Source: a virus
Strand: one strand, 5' to 3'
Length of the DNA stretch: 64,000 bases
IMG/VR virus record: IMGVR_UViG_3300032331_001766
Span: 32,001-96,000 of that record
Below the pieces are notes generated by a model. The model made no database searches, was not told the origin of the DNA, and saw only the letters and a list, made by a program, of their open reading frames with translations. The position numbers and the translations under genes are program-made. Positions 17,459 through 27,705 of this stretch are shown here, in pieces. Position 1 is the first letter of the stretch. Every line of letters starts with the position of its first letter.

Positions 17459-19198
17459 ATGTCATACCAACTTAAAGTAATCAAGGATCAACCAGTAGGG
17501 TTTTGGGCCTTAGATGAAACTTCTGGAACTTCAGCTACAGACTCATCTGGTTGCGGAAATTCTGGCACATATACTGGTGGAATTACAAATGGTCTTATGC
17601 CATTAATTCCAGGCGGACTTCAGGGTTCTTTAATTACTAGTTCAAAATCTATTTCGTTTCCAATAGTAAATAACTATTACGGAAGTTCTGGATATAAAAG
17701 CTTGGCAGATGTAAATTCATTAGATAACGATTGTTCTTTTGAAGTATGGTTTTACCCAAAATTTGCAACAACAAACGAGACTGTCATATTTGGTAACTCA
17801 ACAAATCTAGTTGGTTTATTTTATGATTCTGGAGATATTGTATTTAAATTTGCTCAATATACTGCTAGATATACTTTACAACATATTTCAAAATCTCATC
17901 ATATTGTTGGAACTTATTCACCTTCAGAAATTAAGCTATATATTGATGGTGAGATTAAAGCTACAACATCTATTACAGACCTTCCAAGCCTTTCTCAGAC
18001 TGGTTTAACACTTAACGCTGGTCCAACCATAAGTGCATCAGATTCTTTTGTCATAGACGCCCCTGCGGTTTATAGACATGCATTACCTATATCAAAAATA
18101 ATTAATCATTATTCTGAAATTCAGCCAATACCAGCACATCAAGTTGCATTTCCAGATAGCGGAAGAATATTTGAAATTCAAGATGATAATATATCTACAG
18201 CATATTCATATTCATATCCAGGAAACAAGCCATTAAATTATTTAATAACGGATGGACTTTACTATAATACAGAAGAACAATATATCTCTCTTGTTAAATC
18301 AGATTTAGGTGGGGCATCGTCAATAGAAATTCTTGATTTTATTTCTATCCCTTCAGGAATTGAAGCTAACTCTTCTAAAATTGAATGGAACGGATCAAAT
18401 GGAATTGCAGTTTCAATAAATGATCAGCTATGCGTAAATGGCGGGGAGATTCCAAACTACTCAAAAAATAGCTTTTCTTCAGAAACTGGAATGAACATTA
18501 AGATAACAATATCTTCTTCCGATGTAAGCAAATATATTCCTAGACTATATGGACTTTCAATTACTCTGTACAAGGATCAGACGGTCTTTGCTTCAAATTC
18601 TGCAGACTACATAAATCATTTAAGCACTGAGTCATTTACTCTAGGCAGTAAAAAATATCCAATACTGTCAAGGGATAGCCGAAATGGGGTTAAGACATTT
18701 AGTAGCTCTGGATTTAATTTAAATACAGAAGAACTGATTAGCACGGTAGAATTTTTCTACACCCCCTCAGCTTTGTCTAACAGTGGACTGGTATCTTCAA
18801 TTTCTGGAACAGGGGCTGCTTCAAATTACTCATGGATTACCGCTGGTACCGTAAGCAAGACTAACGTTGCTGGTATATATGTAAATGGTGTAAATAAGAC
18901 ATCTCAGACATTAATATCAAACCTGTTCTCTGCGGGAGAGATTTACCATGTTGTAATTGTATACACTAGCCCTATATCTGGAGCATTAAAATTTAATTCA
19001 TCGGCAGCTGGCTCAGTTTCTTCCACATATCAAAATATTGCCCTGTACCAGACGGCATTTGATGCCACAAAAGTATCTCAGCATTATTCTTTATACACAC
19101 AGAGATCCATATCTTTGGCTGACGATTCGTCAATTACGATGACAGAAAACGGAACCTTTGTATATAACAATGACTGGCTTGTAATACAAAACATATAA
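17459..19198 (+). CDS. LamG/concanavalin A-like domain virion protein
   Basis: PVGFWALDETSGT...FEVWF...HHIVGTY...LYIDG: LamG-like jellyroll signature. Confidence 0.75.
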   Translation: MSYQLKVIKDQPVGFWALDETSGTSATDSSGCGNSGTYTGGITNGLMPLIPGGLQGSLITSSKSISFPIVNNYYGSSGYKSLADVNSLDNDCSFEVWFYPKFATTNETVIFGNSTNLVGLFYDSGDIVFKFAQYTARYTLQHISKSHHIVGTYSPSEIKLYIDGEIKATTSITDLPSLSQTGLTLNAGPTISASDSFVIDAPAVYRHALPISKIINHYSEIQPIPAHQVAFPDSGRIFEIQDDNISTAYSYSYPGNKPLNYLITDGLYYNTEEQYISLVKSDLGGASSIEILDFISIPSGIEANSSKIEWNGSNGIAVSINDQLCVNGGEIPNYSKNSFSSETGMNIKITISSSDVSKYIPRLYGLSITLYKDQTVFASNSADYINHLSTESFTLGSKKYPILSRDSRNGVKTFSSSGFNLNTEELISTVEFFYTPSALSNSGLVSSISGTGAASNYSWITAGTVSKTNVAGIYVNGVNKTSQTLISNLFSAGEIYHVVIVYTSPISGALKFNSSAAGSVSSTYQNIALYQTAFDATKVSQHYSLYTQRSISLADDSSITMTENGTFVYNNDWLVIQNI

Positions 19199-19223
19199 TT
19201 TTGTCATAAGGCATGACAAAAAC

Positions 19224-19252
19224 TAGACTTATATCCAGGATAATGGTAAAAT
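19224..19252 (+). promoter_or_regulatory. Putative promoter of the portal operon
   Basis: TAGACT-17-TAAAAT with extended TG; ATG at 19261; preceded by an inverted repeat at 19199-19221. Confidence 0.55.
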
Positions 19253-19260
19253 AAAACACT

Positions 19261-19605
19261 ATGGACTTCAATAAGATAAACACAAAGGTTTTAGACGAAG
19301 AGTCAACGCTGGGCATTTATGTCTGGGAAATGCCAGACGGCAGATGGATTGGCGATGACGACGGCAATTATCTATCTATTACATCTAAAAAGAATAATAG
19401 ATCACGCATGGATGCCTTGGCTAGAGAAGTAAGATCTTATGGAATTCATGAAGGGCAGCCGCTTTTTCTTTCAGCAAGAAGAAAAATTGATGATGAAGAA
19501 TTTCTTTATCAGAGCCAAAGACTTAACCTGGGCTTAGTTCCAGACCCACTCGATATTGGAAATTATAAAGATGAAATGAAAAAGTTAGGTAATCTAAGGG
19601 GTTAA
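19261..19605 (+). CDS. Hypothetical protein preceding portal
   Basis: 114-aa ORF ending 1 nt before the portal start. Confidence 0.7.
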   Translation: MDFNKINTKVLDEESTLGIYVWEMPDGRWIGDDDGNYLSITSKKNNRSRMDALAREVRSYGIHEGQPLFLSARRKIDDEEFLYQSQRLNLGLVPDPLDIGNYKDEMKKLGNLRG

Positions 19606-19606
19606 A

Positions 19607-21187
19607 ATGGAATTCATGCATGAAGAAGACTCACAAAATATTATTGATATTTCTAATACTGCAGACTGGTTTTCTTTTAAAAAAGAAATAACAACAAGCA
19701 ACGACCCATTTGCTATAGACGTTGAAGAATTAAAAAAGTTTAAAGGTCTAAGCCCAGCATTTCGTAGAAAAATGAATCGTGATTTTTCAAAGTCATTTTC
19801 TGGAATTGATGGAGTTACAACACAACAGAATTTATTGGCTCAAGCAATTACTGGCTACGCAATGTTCGATCTTATCGAGCCACCATATAACCTAGAATAC
19901 CTTTCAAAAATTTATGAAGTTTCAACATATAACTATGCTGCAATTAATGCAAAGGTCTCTAACATTGTTGGTTTAGGATACGACTTTATTGAAACAAAAA
20001 AAACCAATGATGCGTTTGATGCAATAGAAGATGAAAAAGTTTTGGCTAGAGCACGTAAGAAGCTTGGTAAGCTTAGACAAGATATGCAAGAGTGGTTAGA
20101 TACAACAAACGATGAAGATACATTTACTCAAACTTTAATTAAGGTCTATACAGATTTAGAAGCTACTGGAAATGGGTTCCTAGAAATTGGTAGAACGACA
20201 TCAGGCAATATTGGTTACATTGGGCATATTCCAGCAAAGACAATGAGAATAAGAAGATTGCGTGATGGCTTTATTCAATTACTTTATGGCAAGGCTGTGT
20301 ATTTCCGCAACTTTGGAGACTCAGAAACATTGAGTCCAATTACTTCACAAGAAGAAAGACCTAATGAAGTTATTCATTTTAAAAAGTATACTCCTATGAA
20401 TAACTACTATGGAATTCCAGACATCATTGCCGCACAGACAGCGTTGGCTGGTAACGAATTTTCTGGTAGATATAACCTAGACTACTTTGAAAATAAAGCG
20501 GTCCCAAGATATATTATTACAGTAAAGGGAGCAAAGCTTTCACCAGAATCAGAAAGAAAACTTCTTGAGTTTTTTCAGGTTGGATTAAAGGGCAAAAATC
20601 ACAGATCTCTTTACGTTCCGCTACCAGCAGATACCCCAGACTCTAAAGTTGAATTTAAAATGGAGCCAATTGAAGCTGGCAATCAGGAAGGCTCATTTGA
20701 GAAGTATCGCAAATCAAATAGAGACGAAATCCTATTAGCTCACCGTGTGCCAATTAATAAAATTGGAACCCCAGAAGGACTAAGCCTGGCAAATGCTCGT
20801 GATGCAGATAAAACATTTAAAGAGCAAGTATGCCGACCAGCCCAAATGATTCTAGAAAAGAAATTAAATAGAATATTTGAAGAAAAAACAGATGCCCTTC
20901 TACTTAAATTTAATGAATTAACATTGACTGATGCAGATACTCAGTCTAAAATTGATGAGCGTTATTTAAGAATGCAGGTAATTGTTCCTAATGAAGTTAG
21001 AATTAGAAATGGCTGGATCCCACTTGATGGCGGAGATAAAGTCATAGAATTAAAGCCTCAACAAGCAGCAGAACAATCAGCCCAGGCAGGCAAGACAAGA
21101 GCACGGGATGGTGAAAGAGCTGCAAATTCACCAGATAAATCTGGAGAAGGAAGAAATGCAAAAGGCGACGGGAGCAAGGTAGAGTAA
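19607..21187 (+). CDS. Portal protein
   Basis: TGNGFLEI, EVIHFK.Y.P...YYGIP, YFEN.A.P, EIL.AHRVP, PNEVR motifs of HK97/PBSX-type portals; located upstream of protease and capsid. Confidence 0.92.
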   Translation: MEFMHEEDSQNIIDISNTADWFSFKKEITTSNDPFAIDVEELKKFKGLSPAFRRKMNRDFSKSFSGIDGVTTQQNLLAQAITGYAMFDLIEPPYNLEYLSKIYEVSTYNYAAINAKVSNIVGLGYDFIETKKTNDAFDAIEDEKVLARARKKLGKLRQDMQEWLDTTNDEDTFTQTLIKVYTDLEATGNGFLEIGRTTSGNIGYIGHIPAKTMRIRRLRDGFIQLLYGKAVYFRNFGDSETLSPITSQEERPNEVIHFKKYTPMNNYYGIPDIIAAQTALAGNEFSGRYNLDYFENKAVPRYIITVKGAKLSPESERKLLEFFQVGLKGKNHRSLYVPLPADTPDSKVEFKMEPIEAGNQEGSFEKYRKSNRDEILLAHRVPINKIGTPEGLSLANARDADKTFKEQVCRPAQMILEKKLNRIFEEKTDALLLKFNELTLTDADTQSKIDERYLRMQVIVPNEVRIRNGWIPLDGGDKVIELKPQQAAEQSAQAGKTRARDGERAANSPDKSGEGRNAKGDGSKVE

Positions 21188-21206
21188 TTATTACTCAACC
21201 ACTTAT

Positions 21207-21235
21207 TTGCCTTTTGATGTATACGAGTATAAAAT
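21207..21235 (+). promoter_or_regulatory. Promoter for protease/capsid genes
   Basis: TTGCCT-17-TAAAAT; ATG at 21243 lies 7 nt downstream. Confidence 0.65.
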
Positions 21236-21242
21236 TAAGCAT

Positions 21243-22562
21243 ATGAATATTGAAAAATCACAATGGTCCAGTAATGGAGATAACTTACATTTATCTATTC
21301 CATTTACTAAGGTTAACCGTGAAAAAAGAACAGTATCAGGCTTTGCTACGCTAGACAATGTTGACCAGACAGGCGATGTTGTAACAGCAGAGGCAAGCAC
21401 AAAAGCATTTGAAGGTTTCCGTGGGAACATTCGTGAAATGCACGGATCGCTTGCAGTTGGTAAAATGTTATCATTTAAGCCAGAGACATACTATGATCCA
21501 ATTTCAAAGAATTTTTATAATGGAATTTATGTAACAACATATATTTCAAAGGGTGCACAAGATACATGGGAAAAAGTTCTAGACGGAACTCTTTCAGGAT
21601 TTTCAATTGGCGGAAAGATTACAGAGTCAGATAACGAAGTCAATAAAGCAAATGGAGAAACTGTTCGTTTTATTAAAGGCTATAGCCTAATTGAGTTATC
21701 AATTGTAGACTCACCAGCAAATGAATTATGTAATATTATTTCATTTGAAAAGGTAAATGGCCAGATGATTGCCAAAGGTATTGCAACTGAAGTTGTAACA
21801 GAAAACATCTTTTATTGCGAAGAAAGCGACTCAGTTTTTGTATCAACAGAAAAAACATTTGATTCACCAGTTTCTGGTAAGCCAGCAACATTAATCGGTT
21901 GGGTTGAAAGTTCAGATACAAATAAGTCAAAAGAAATAGATAAGATTCTTGCTTCATTTAAGAAGTCAAGATTGTCGTTGCCTGATACACAAACAATTGC
22001 AAAACAGGCAAACGCAGAAGGAGGTAATGAAGTGTCAGAAAATACAGAAAACGTAGTAGTTGAAGAAACTACAGCCGTTGAAGAGACTCCAGTTGTTGCA
22101 GAAGAAGCAGCACCAGTTGTCGAAGAAGCTCCTGCAGAAGAAGCAGCAGCAGACGCTCCTGCCGAAACTCTGGAAAAAGCAGCCGACGTATCAGAAGTTA
22201 TGGTTGATGAACCTGATTTTGCAAAAATGTTAGGCGATCTAAAAAACTTTTTCTCAGAAACTCTAGAAAAGTCAAACAGCACAAGCTCTGCTGAATTTAC
22301 AACAGTTAAAGAAACTGTTGAATCATTTAGCAAGTCTGTTGAAGTAAAGCTTTCAGAGCAGGCAGAAGTAAACAGCGCATTAGCAAAAGCTATTGAAGAA
22401 ATCAAGAACACGATTGATGGCGTACAAAAGCGTGTCGATGCAGTAGAATCAGAGACTGCAGTAAAGAAGTCCTCAGATCTTGGCGGATCTCAGGAAGTAA
22501 CAATCAAAAAATCCAAATGGAACGGTTCTTTCCTCGGTTCCGTGAACGAAATATTTAACTAA
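21243..22562 (+). CDS. Prohead protease fused to an acidic coiled-coil scaffold
   Basis: VSGFA...D..GD, IREMH, GFSIGG, ELSIVDSPAN (HK97-type protease); C-terminal Glu/Ala-rich helical region. Start reassigned from 21207. Confidence 0.88.
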   Translation: MNIEKSQWSSNGDNLHLSIPFTKVNREKRTVSGFATLDNVDQTGDVVTAEASTKAFEGFRGNIREMHGSLAVGKMLSFKPETYYDPISKNFYNGIYVTTYISKGAQDTWEKVLDGTLSGFSIGGKITESDNEVNKANGETVRFIKGYSLIELSIVDSPANELCNIISFEKVNGQMIAKGIATEVVTENIFYCEESDSVFVSTEKTFDSPVSGKPATLIGWVESSDTNKSKEIDKILASFKKSRLSLPDTQTIAKQANAEGGNEVSENTENVVVEETTAVEETPVVAEEAAPVVEEAPAEEAAADAPAETLEKAADVSEVMVDEPDFAKMLGDLKNFFSETLEKSNSTSSAEFTTVKETVESFSKSVEVKLSEQAEVNSALAKAIEEIKNTIDGVQKRVDAVESETAVKKSSDLGGSQEVTIKKSKWNGSFLGSVNEIFN

Positions 22563-22576
22563 GGTAGGTATAAAAA

Positions 22577-23623
22577 ATGAGCAATGATTTATTAAAAGAT
22601 ATTGCATCTGGTACAACAGCAACAGGTACATTTGCTTCCACTACAGGTGGAACAGGTACTCACGTCGCTTCCGAAAATGGAAACGGTGGTTTGTTAAACC
22701 CAGAGCAATCAGCTCGCTTTCTAGACTACATGTTCGATTCAACCGTAATTGGTAAGGTCGCACGTACAGTCCGCATGAAGGCAGACACAACCGAGATTGA
22801 TCGTATTGGTGTTGGCGAGAAGCTTATGAAGCTCGCTACAGAAGGAGATAACACAGCTACAAATGCTGCAGTTACTTTCTCAAAGATTTCTCTCACAACT
22901 AAGAAGCTTCGCTTAGATTGGGAACTTTCAACTGAGTCTCTAGAAGACAACATTGAAGGTCCAGATCTAGAAGATCACATCGCAAGAATGCTTGCAACAC
23001 AAGCAGGAAACGATATCGAAGATGTTATCCTTAACGGTAACACAGCATTAACAGGAGATGCACTTTACAAGGCATTTAACGGTGTAGTAAAGAAGGCTAA
23101 GACCTATGGTCGTGTAGTCGATGCAGCTGGAGCTGGCATTTCACGTGCCACATTCAACTCAGCACTTAAGGCACTCCCACGTAAGTACAAGCAACGTCGT
23201 ACAGACCTTCGCTTCCTTGCTGGATCAAACTTGATCCAGGATTACTTATACAACACATCACAGAACATTCAGAACGTTAACCCACAGGACATTGCTTCAG
23301 GCATCATCCGTGGAGATGTTCCAGTTCTTGGTGGACCAGCAGGATATGTAGCTCCATACGCATTTGGTATTCCAATCGTTGAAGTTCCACTTCTTCCAGA
23401 AACACAGACTGGTGACTACTCAGCAGCAGCAGGATCACACGGTGACGTGCACTTAACATTCCCAAATAACGTTGTTATTGGTGTTAAGCGTGACGTAACT
23501 GTTTACCGATTCTTCTGGCCACGTAAGGACTCAATTGAGTACACAATGTATACTCGTGTTGGCGTCCAGATCGAACAAGCAGATGCTTGGGTCGTAGTAA
23601 AGAACGTTAAGGTTGCTTCTTAA
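22577..23623 (+). CDS. Major capsid protein (HK97 fold)
   Basis: GGLLNPEQ..RF, ELSTESLEDNIEG, ILNG motifs; strongly biased codon usage; follows protease and is followed by a terminator. Confidence 0.92.
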   Translation: MSNDLLKDIASGTTATGTFASTTGGTGTHVASENGNGGLLNPEQSARFLDYMFDSTVIGKVARTVRMKADTTEIDRIGVGEKLMKLATEGDNTATNAAVTFSKISLTTKKLRLDWELSTESLEDNIEGPDLEDHIARMLATQAGNDIEDVILNGNTALTGDALYKAFNGVVKKAKTYGRVVDAAGAGISRATFNSALKALPRKYKQRRTDLRFLAGSNLIQDYLYNTSQNIQNVNPQDIASGIIRGDVPVLGGPAGYVAPYAFGIPIVEVPLLPETQTGDYSAAAGSHGDVHLTFPNNVVIGVKRDVTVYRFFWPRKDSIEYTMYTRVGVQIEQADAWVVVKNVKVAS

Positions 23624-23647
23624 TTAATTTAAGAATTAATCACGGAA

Positions 23648-23680
23648 AGGCCCCCAATTAATTTTGGGGGCTTTTCATTT
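23648..23680 (+). terminator. Rho-independent terminator after capsid gene
   Basis: GCCCCCAA-loop-TTGGGGGC followed by TTTTCATTT. Confidence 0.85.
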
Positions 23681-23691
23681 AAATTCATCAA

Positions 23692-23700
23692 TGCTATAAT
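23692..23700 (+). promoter_or_regulatory. Extended -10 promoter
   Basis: TGCTATAAT, then SD AAGGAG before ATG 23727. Confidence 0.6.
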
Positions 23701-23726
23701 TAAATACCTAGAAAAAGGAGTAATAT

Positions 23727-24134
23727 ATGTCATTCGAGACATTAAAAGTTGCAGAACTAAGAAAGATCGCAGAAGATTTTGCGGTTGAAACAGAAGGTCT
23801 AAAAAACAAGGCGGATATTATTGCTGCCCTATCAGAAGAAGGCGTAACATATGCAGTCTATGCCAAAACTATAGAAAAGCTTGAAGAAGCAGAAGAAGAA
23901 GAAGAAGAAGCAGAAGAAATTCTTCCAAGATTTGATCCTAAGAAATCACAATCTAAGGATGATGTGCTAGTTAGAATGACTAGAGCAAATTTTCGTTACG
24001 ATATCATAGGATATACCTTTACAAAGGAGCATCCATTTATTGCAATGAAAGAAGAAGACGCACAAAAAATCTTTGATATGGAGGAAGGTTTCCGTTTAGC
24101 AACGCCAAGAGAAGCACAAGAGTACTACAGCTAA
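23727..24134 (+). CDS. Head-associated protein with N-terminal Rho-N/HeH-like motif
   Basis: LKVAELRKIAEDF...KNKADIIAAL; poly-Glu linker. Confidence 0.6.
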   Translation: MSFETLKVAELRKIAEDFAVETEGLKNKADIIAALSEEGVTYAVYAKTIEKLEEAEEEEEEAEEILPRFDPKKSQSKDDVLVRMTRANFRYDIIGYTFTKEHPFIAMKEEDAQKIFDMEEGFRLATPREAQEYYS

Positions 24135-24148
24135 ACAAACCTAATTAA

Positions 24149-25132
24149 ATGGCAGAAGTTTATATTGAAAGTAATTTTCCAGTTAAAACAAAAATATTTT
24201 ATGCTGGAGAAATTATTGACGCAGACGGTAGTGTTACAGCAGAAATTTATGACATTACCGAAGACCCTGCCATTGTACCCGCAATAAACCCAGGAACACT
24301 GATAACTCAATTGGTTGCGTCTAAGTCTGAATCAGACATTGGATCATATCAAATTGTTTTTCCATTTTCTCTTACAACTAGACCAAGAAAATTTAGAATT
24401 AAGTGGAGATATGCAATCAATTCAGAATTGGTAAATCATTTTACAACAGTAGATATTGTAACTCCATACATAGAGCTAGCTGATGCTATTGAAGATTTAG
24501 GATTTGGATCAGATTCGTCAGACCCAAATAACAAAACATATCATGAGTTAATTATGGCAGAAAAATGGGCTAGAAAAACAATTGAAACTTACACTGGACA
24601 GCAATTTTATTTATACAACGATATACATGTTGTCTATGGAGATAACGCCGACTCGTTAAGATTACCTTTTAAAATTAATGAGATTCATGAACTTTATGAA
24701 AATGACATATTGCTATTAGATACTATTAATAATATTAACAATTGGAATTATGATACTCAAATATCAGAAAGCGGATTTGGAGTTAGAATAAATCGAGCAA
24801 GCATGTTAGACAATACTGTTTATACAGCAAATGGAATGGTTCCGCCAAGCATCAATGATACTTATGGTGGCGTATTTAAAAATGGTTCAGTTTATAGAAT
24901 CCAAGGTGTATATGGATGGGACAGTGTTCCTGACGCAGTAAGCGAAGCATGTATATATTTAATGAAAGACTATTTTTCAAAAGATAAAACTTGGAGAGAA
25001 AAGTATATTGCTAGTTTATCTTCATTTGATTGGAATTTTAAGTACAACACAGGAGCTTTTGTAGGAACAGGTAATTTATATGCAGATCAAATATTATTAC
25101 CTTACGTCTTAACTCAAATGGTTGTAATTTAA
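24149..25132 (+). CDS. Head-tail adaptor/connector
   Basis: Position; IETYTGQQF and YGWDSVPDAVSEAC motifs typical of adaptor proteins. Confidence 0.7.
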   Translation: MAEVYIESNFPVKTKIFYAGEIIDADGSVTAEIYDITEDPAIVPAINPGTLITQLVASKSESDIGSYQIVFPFSLTTRPRKFRIKWRYAINSELVNHFTTVDIVTPYIELADAIEDLGFGSDSSDPNNKTYHELIMAEKWARKTIETYTGQQFYLYNDIHVVYGDNADSLRLPFKINEIHELYENDILLLDTINNINNWNYDTQISESGFGVRINRASMLDNTVYTANGMVPPSINDTYGGVFKNGSVYRIQGVYGWDSVPDAVSEACIYLMKDYFSKDKTWREKYIASLSSFDWNFKYNTGAFVGTGNLYADQILLPYVLTQMVVI

Positions 25133-25561
25133 ATGTTTGGTATAGTTGAAGCCACATTCTCAATGAGTCTTGACCTATATAAACAGTCTGATTTACAAGA
25201 TCCAAATACTGGTGCTATAAAAAAAGAATGGTCTTATGACAGCACAGTAAGTTGCTATGCCAAGGGTGTAATTAGCAATTCCTCTTCATCCAGATCTGGA
25301 GATAGACAAGCTTTTAATAATAGATATGAAAACGTACAATTTATTGATGTTCGTACAACAAATAAATTAAATACAAGATTTAAAATAACAAATATATGCG
25401 GTCCAAGTGGTAAACCAATATGGACTGAGCTAGATTACCCAACAGAAACACCAACAGTTTTTGAAGTTCTTGGATCAACACCATTAACAGACGCCTTTGG
25501 AAATATTTTAGGATATAACTCAAGCCTAAAAAGATCGGAGAATCAGCAAATTGGACTCTAG
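25133..25561 (+). CDS. Head closure/stopper protein
   Basis: Size and synteny in the neck module. Confidence 0.6.
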   Translation: MFGIVEATFSMSLDLYKQSDLQDPNTGAIKKEWSYDSTVSCYAKGVISNSSSSRSGDRQAFNNRYENVQFIDVRTTNKLNTRFKITNICGPSGKPIWTELDYPTETPTVFEVLGSTPLTDAFGNILGYNSSLKRSENQQIGL

Positions 25562-26339
25562 TCAATTATTAATGACAGCTGCCAGCGGACTTGAAAAGCT
25601 AATGGCTAACCCTACTAAGAATAATAAAAATTTAAGGGATAGCAGCGTGGCACAAATATCTGCTGCAATTTATTATAAGGCTAATGTTATTTCCCAATTG
25701 ACTTCAAACACTGCATTTCAGAAAAAATTTAGAGAAGTAATATATGGACAAATAGAAAAAGATTTTGGAGACTATATTGACTCTCAGGCAAGAACAAAGC
25801 CAAAAGCATTACACCATGTATATGAATGGGACAAGGCTGGTTCACCAGCAGCAAGACTATTTAAGTTAAAATCATTTGGGGATAACGCATTGTCGTTTAA
25901 AGTTGGATACGAATTTAAACTCTCTAAATCAAATGTTCCATCTCCAGCAAATTTTAAAAAATATAAGTTTGCTAATAAAGCATATGTAATGGAAAACGGC
26001 ATACCCGTTACAATTGCTCCAAAGGCCGCTGAGAGACTTGTGTTTGAGGTTAATGGTTATACCGTCTTTATGCCTAAAGGTCGCTCTATTACCGTTTCAA
26101 AGCCTGGTGGAGGCGGTGCTACGCATCAGTTCAGACTTGCATACTCAAGATTCTTTAGAGGAAATTTAGCGGGAGATTCAATTAGAAGATCTGGATTTCA
26201 ACAATTATTTAATTCAAAAATGTCAAAAGCATTAAAGGTTCCAGGAGGAATATCAAGAGTTCAATATTCTTTCGCACCAAATACAGTTAGAGCTCAAGCA
26301 AACTCAGCATTAAGTCAAGCATTTGGAGGATCACTATGA
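25551..26339 (+). CDS. Neck/tail completion protein
   Basis: Basic 262-aa protein between stopper and terminator; synteny only. Confidence 0.5.
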   Translation: MDSSQLLMTAASGLEKLMANPTKNNKNLRDSSVAQISAAIYYKANVISQLTSNTAFQKKFREVIYGQIEKDFGDYIDSQARTKPKALHHVYEWDKAGSPAARLFKLKSFGDNALSFKVGYEFKLSKSNVPSPANFKKYKFANKAYVMENGIPVTIAPKAAERLVFEVNGYTVFMPKGRSITVSKPGGGGATHQFRLAYSRFFRGNLAGDSIRRSGFQQLFNSKMSKALKVPGGISRVQYSFAPNTVRAQANSALSQAFGGSL

Positions 26340-26848
26340 CAGTAGATTATAAAGCAGATGCAATGCTAGAAGTCCGCAAATATTTGTGGGACTCATTGGC
26401 TACAATAGGAATATTTGATGAAAATAATTATTATAGCGATAACATTGGAACTACAATAATTCCAATTATTCCAGTACAGCAACAGCCAGAACTAAATCAA
26501 TTCTTAAGCGGAAAGAAGCACATAGTCTATGATAAGGTAGGAATGTCATATGAGGAGAACTGGGTCATATGCTGCGAGCAGATCTTGTTTACAATCTATT
26601 CAACAGATGTATCTGAGATAGCAGAAATTAGAAACTTTATGACAGATTTATTTAGAAGAATAGACGAGTCAGCAAGAGATGTAAACTTGTGGGATGGAAT
26701 GTCTAATAAATTCAAATTCCATAGCATCTTTATTTCTGACATATCTGCCACAACTCCATCTGAAGAACTTCAAGGCTTTCTATCAGCAGATGTCATCCTT
26801 GAAATTAAATACTCAAGATACTCTGATATACAGGGCAGATTTATCTAG
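26336..26848 (+). CDS. Tail terminator protein
   Basis: Acidic 170-aa protein directly before the tail tube gene; synteny. Confidence 0.55.
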   Translation: MTVDYKADAMLEVRKYLWDSLATIGIFDENNYYSDNIGTTIIPIIPVQQQPELNQFLSGKKHIVYDKVGMSYEENWVICCEQILFTIYSTDVSEIAEIRNFMTDLFRRIDESARDVNLWDGMSNKFKFHSIFISDISATTPSEELQGFLSADVILEIKYSRYSDIQGRFI

Positions 26849-26849
26849 T

Positions 26850-26878
26850 TTGCCTTAAGGCTCAAAATGGCTTATTAT
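26850..26878 (+). promoter_or_regulatory. Promoter of the major tail protein gene
   Basis: TTGCCT-17-TATTAT; same -35 as the protease promoter. Confidence 0.6.
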
Positions 26879-26959
26879 TATACCAGAGGAAAGCGGCCTA
26901 GCCAGCCAAAATTTTAGAATACAACTTAATATAGATTTTTATAAACAGGAGGTTTTACA

Positions 26960-27652
26960 ATGGCAACATTTAATAATGCCAAGAACATTCTCGTAGGTGC
27001 TTCACCACTGTTCCTTTCAACAAAGGATTCAACTGATGGAACATACGCCGAGAACATGGAGCCAGGCTCATCAGCTGGAGTTGCATATCCATCAGCAGCA
27101 TCTTATACAGATGCTTTGAACTCAGCAACAACAAAGTTTCGTAACGTAGGTTACACAAACAATGGTCTTCAGATTACTTACAACCCATCATACGGTTCAG
27201 TAACAGTAGATCAGCTTCTTGATACAGCTAAGCTTTTCAAGGAGTCAATGGAAGTTATGATTGCAACAGAAATGACTGAAGGTACTCTTGAAAACGTACT
27301 AACAGTATTTGGTCAAGGATCTTCAACTCTTACAACTGAAGCTGGATACACATCAGGTACAGCTGAAGGAAAGAAGACACTTGGTCTTGCAGCAGGAGCT
27401 CTCGGTGTTCAGCCAACAGAGCGTCAATTAATTGCAGTTGGTCAGTCACCAACAACAACTGATGGAACTAATACAGAAAGAACAGAGCGTATTTATTATG
27501 CACGTCGTGTTCTTTCAGTTCAGCAATCAGCATTCTCATTAGCACGTAATAATCCAACCACATTCCCAGTAACATTCCGTCTGCTTCCAGACGGCAATAC
27601 AGCATACGCTGGCCAGGAATACGGTAAGATTATTGACCGTGTTATTGCATAA
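26960..27652 (+). CDS. Major tail (tube) protein
   Basis: GYT..GL...Y.P....VTVDQ motif; SD AGGAGG; followed by terminator, chaperones and tape measure. Confidence 0.85.
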   Translation: MATFNNAKNILVGASPLFLSTKDSTDGTYAENMEPGSSAGVAYPSAASYTDALNSATTKFRNVGYTNNGLQITYNPSYGSVTVDQLLDTAKLFKESMEVMIATEMTEGTLENVLTVFGQGSSTLTTEAGYTSGTAEGKKTLGLAAGALGVQPTERQLIAVGQSPTTTDGTNTERTERIYYARRVLSVQQSAFSLARNNPTTFPVTFRLLPDGNTAYAGQEYGKIIDRVIA

Positions 27653-27671
27653 TTTAATACTTTAAATTACG

Positions 27672-27705
27672 GAAACCCCCATTGATATGGGGGTTTTCTG
27701 TTTGT
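27672..27705 (+). terminator. Rho-independent terminator after tail tube gene
   Basis: AAACCCCCAT-TGAT-ATGGGGGTTT, then TCTGTTT. Confidence 0.85.

Noticed and set aside
23883-23918. GAA trinucleotide run
   Set aside because: Encodes a simple poly-Glu linker in frame; no evidence of phase variation.
26880-26959. Structured RNA in the tail tube 5' leader
   Set aside because: Only a 3-bp GC stem is apparent; cannot be supported without covariation data.
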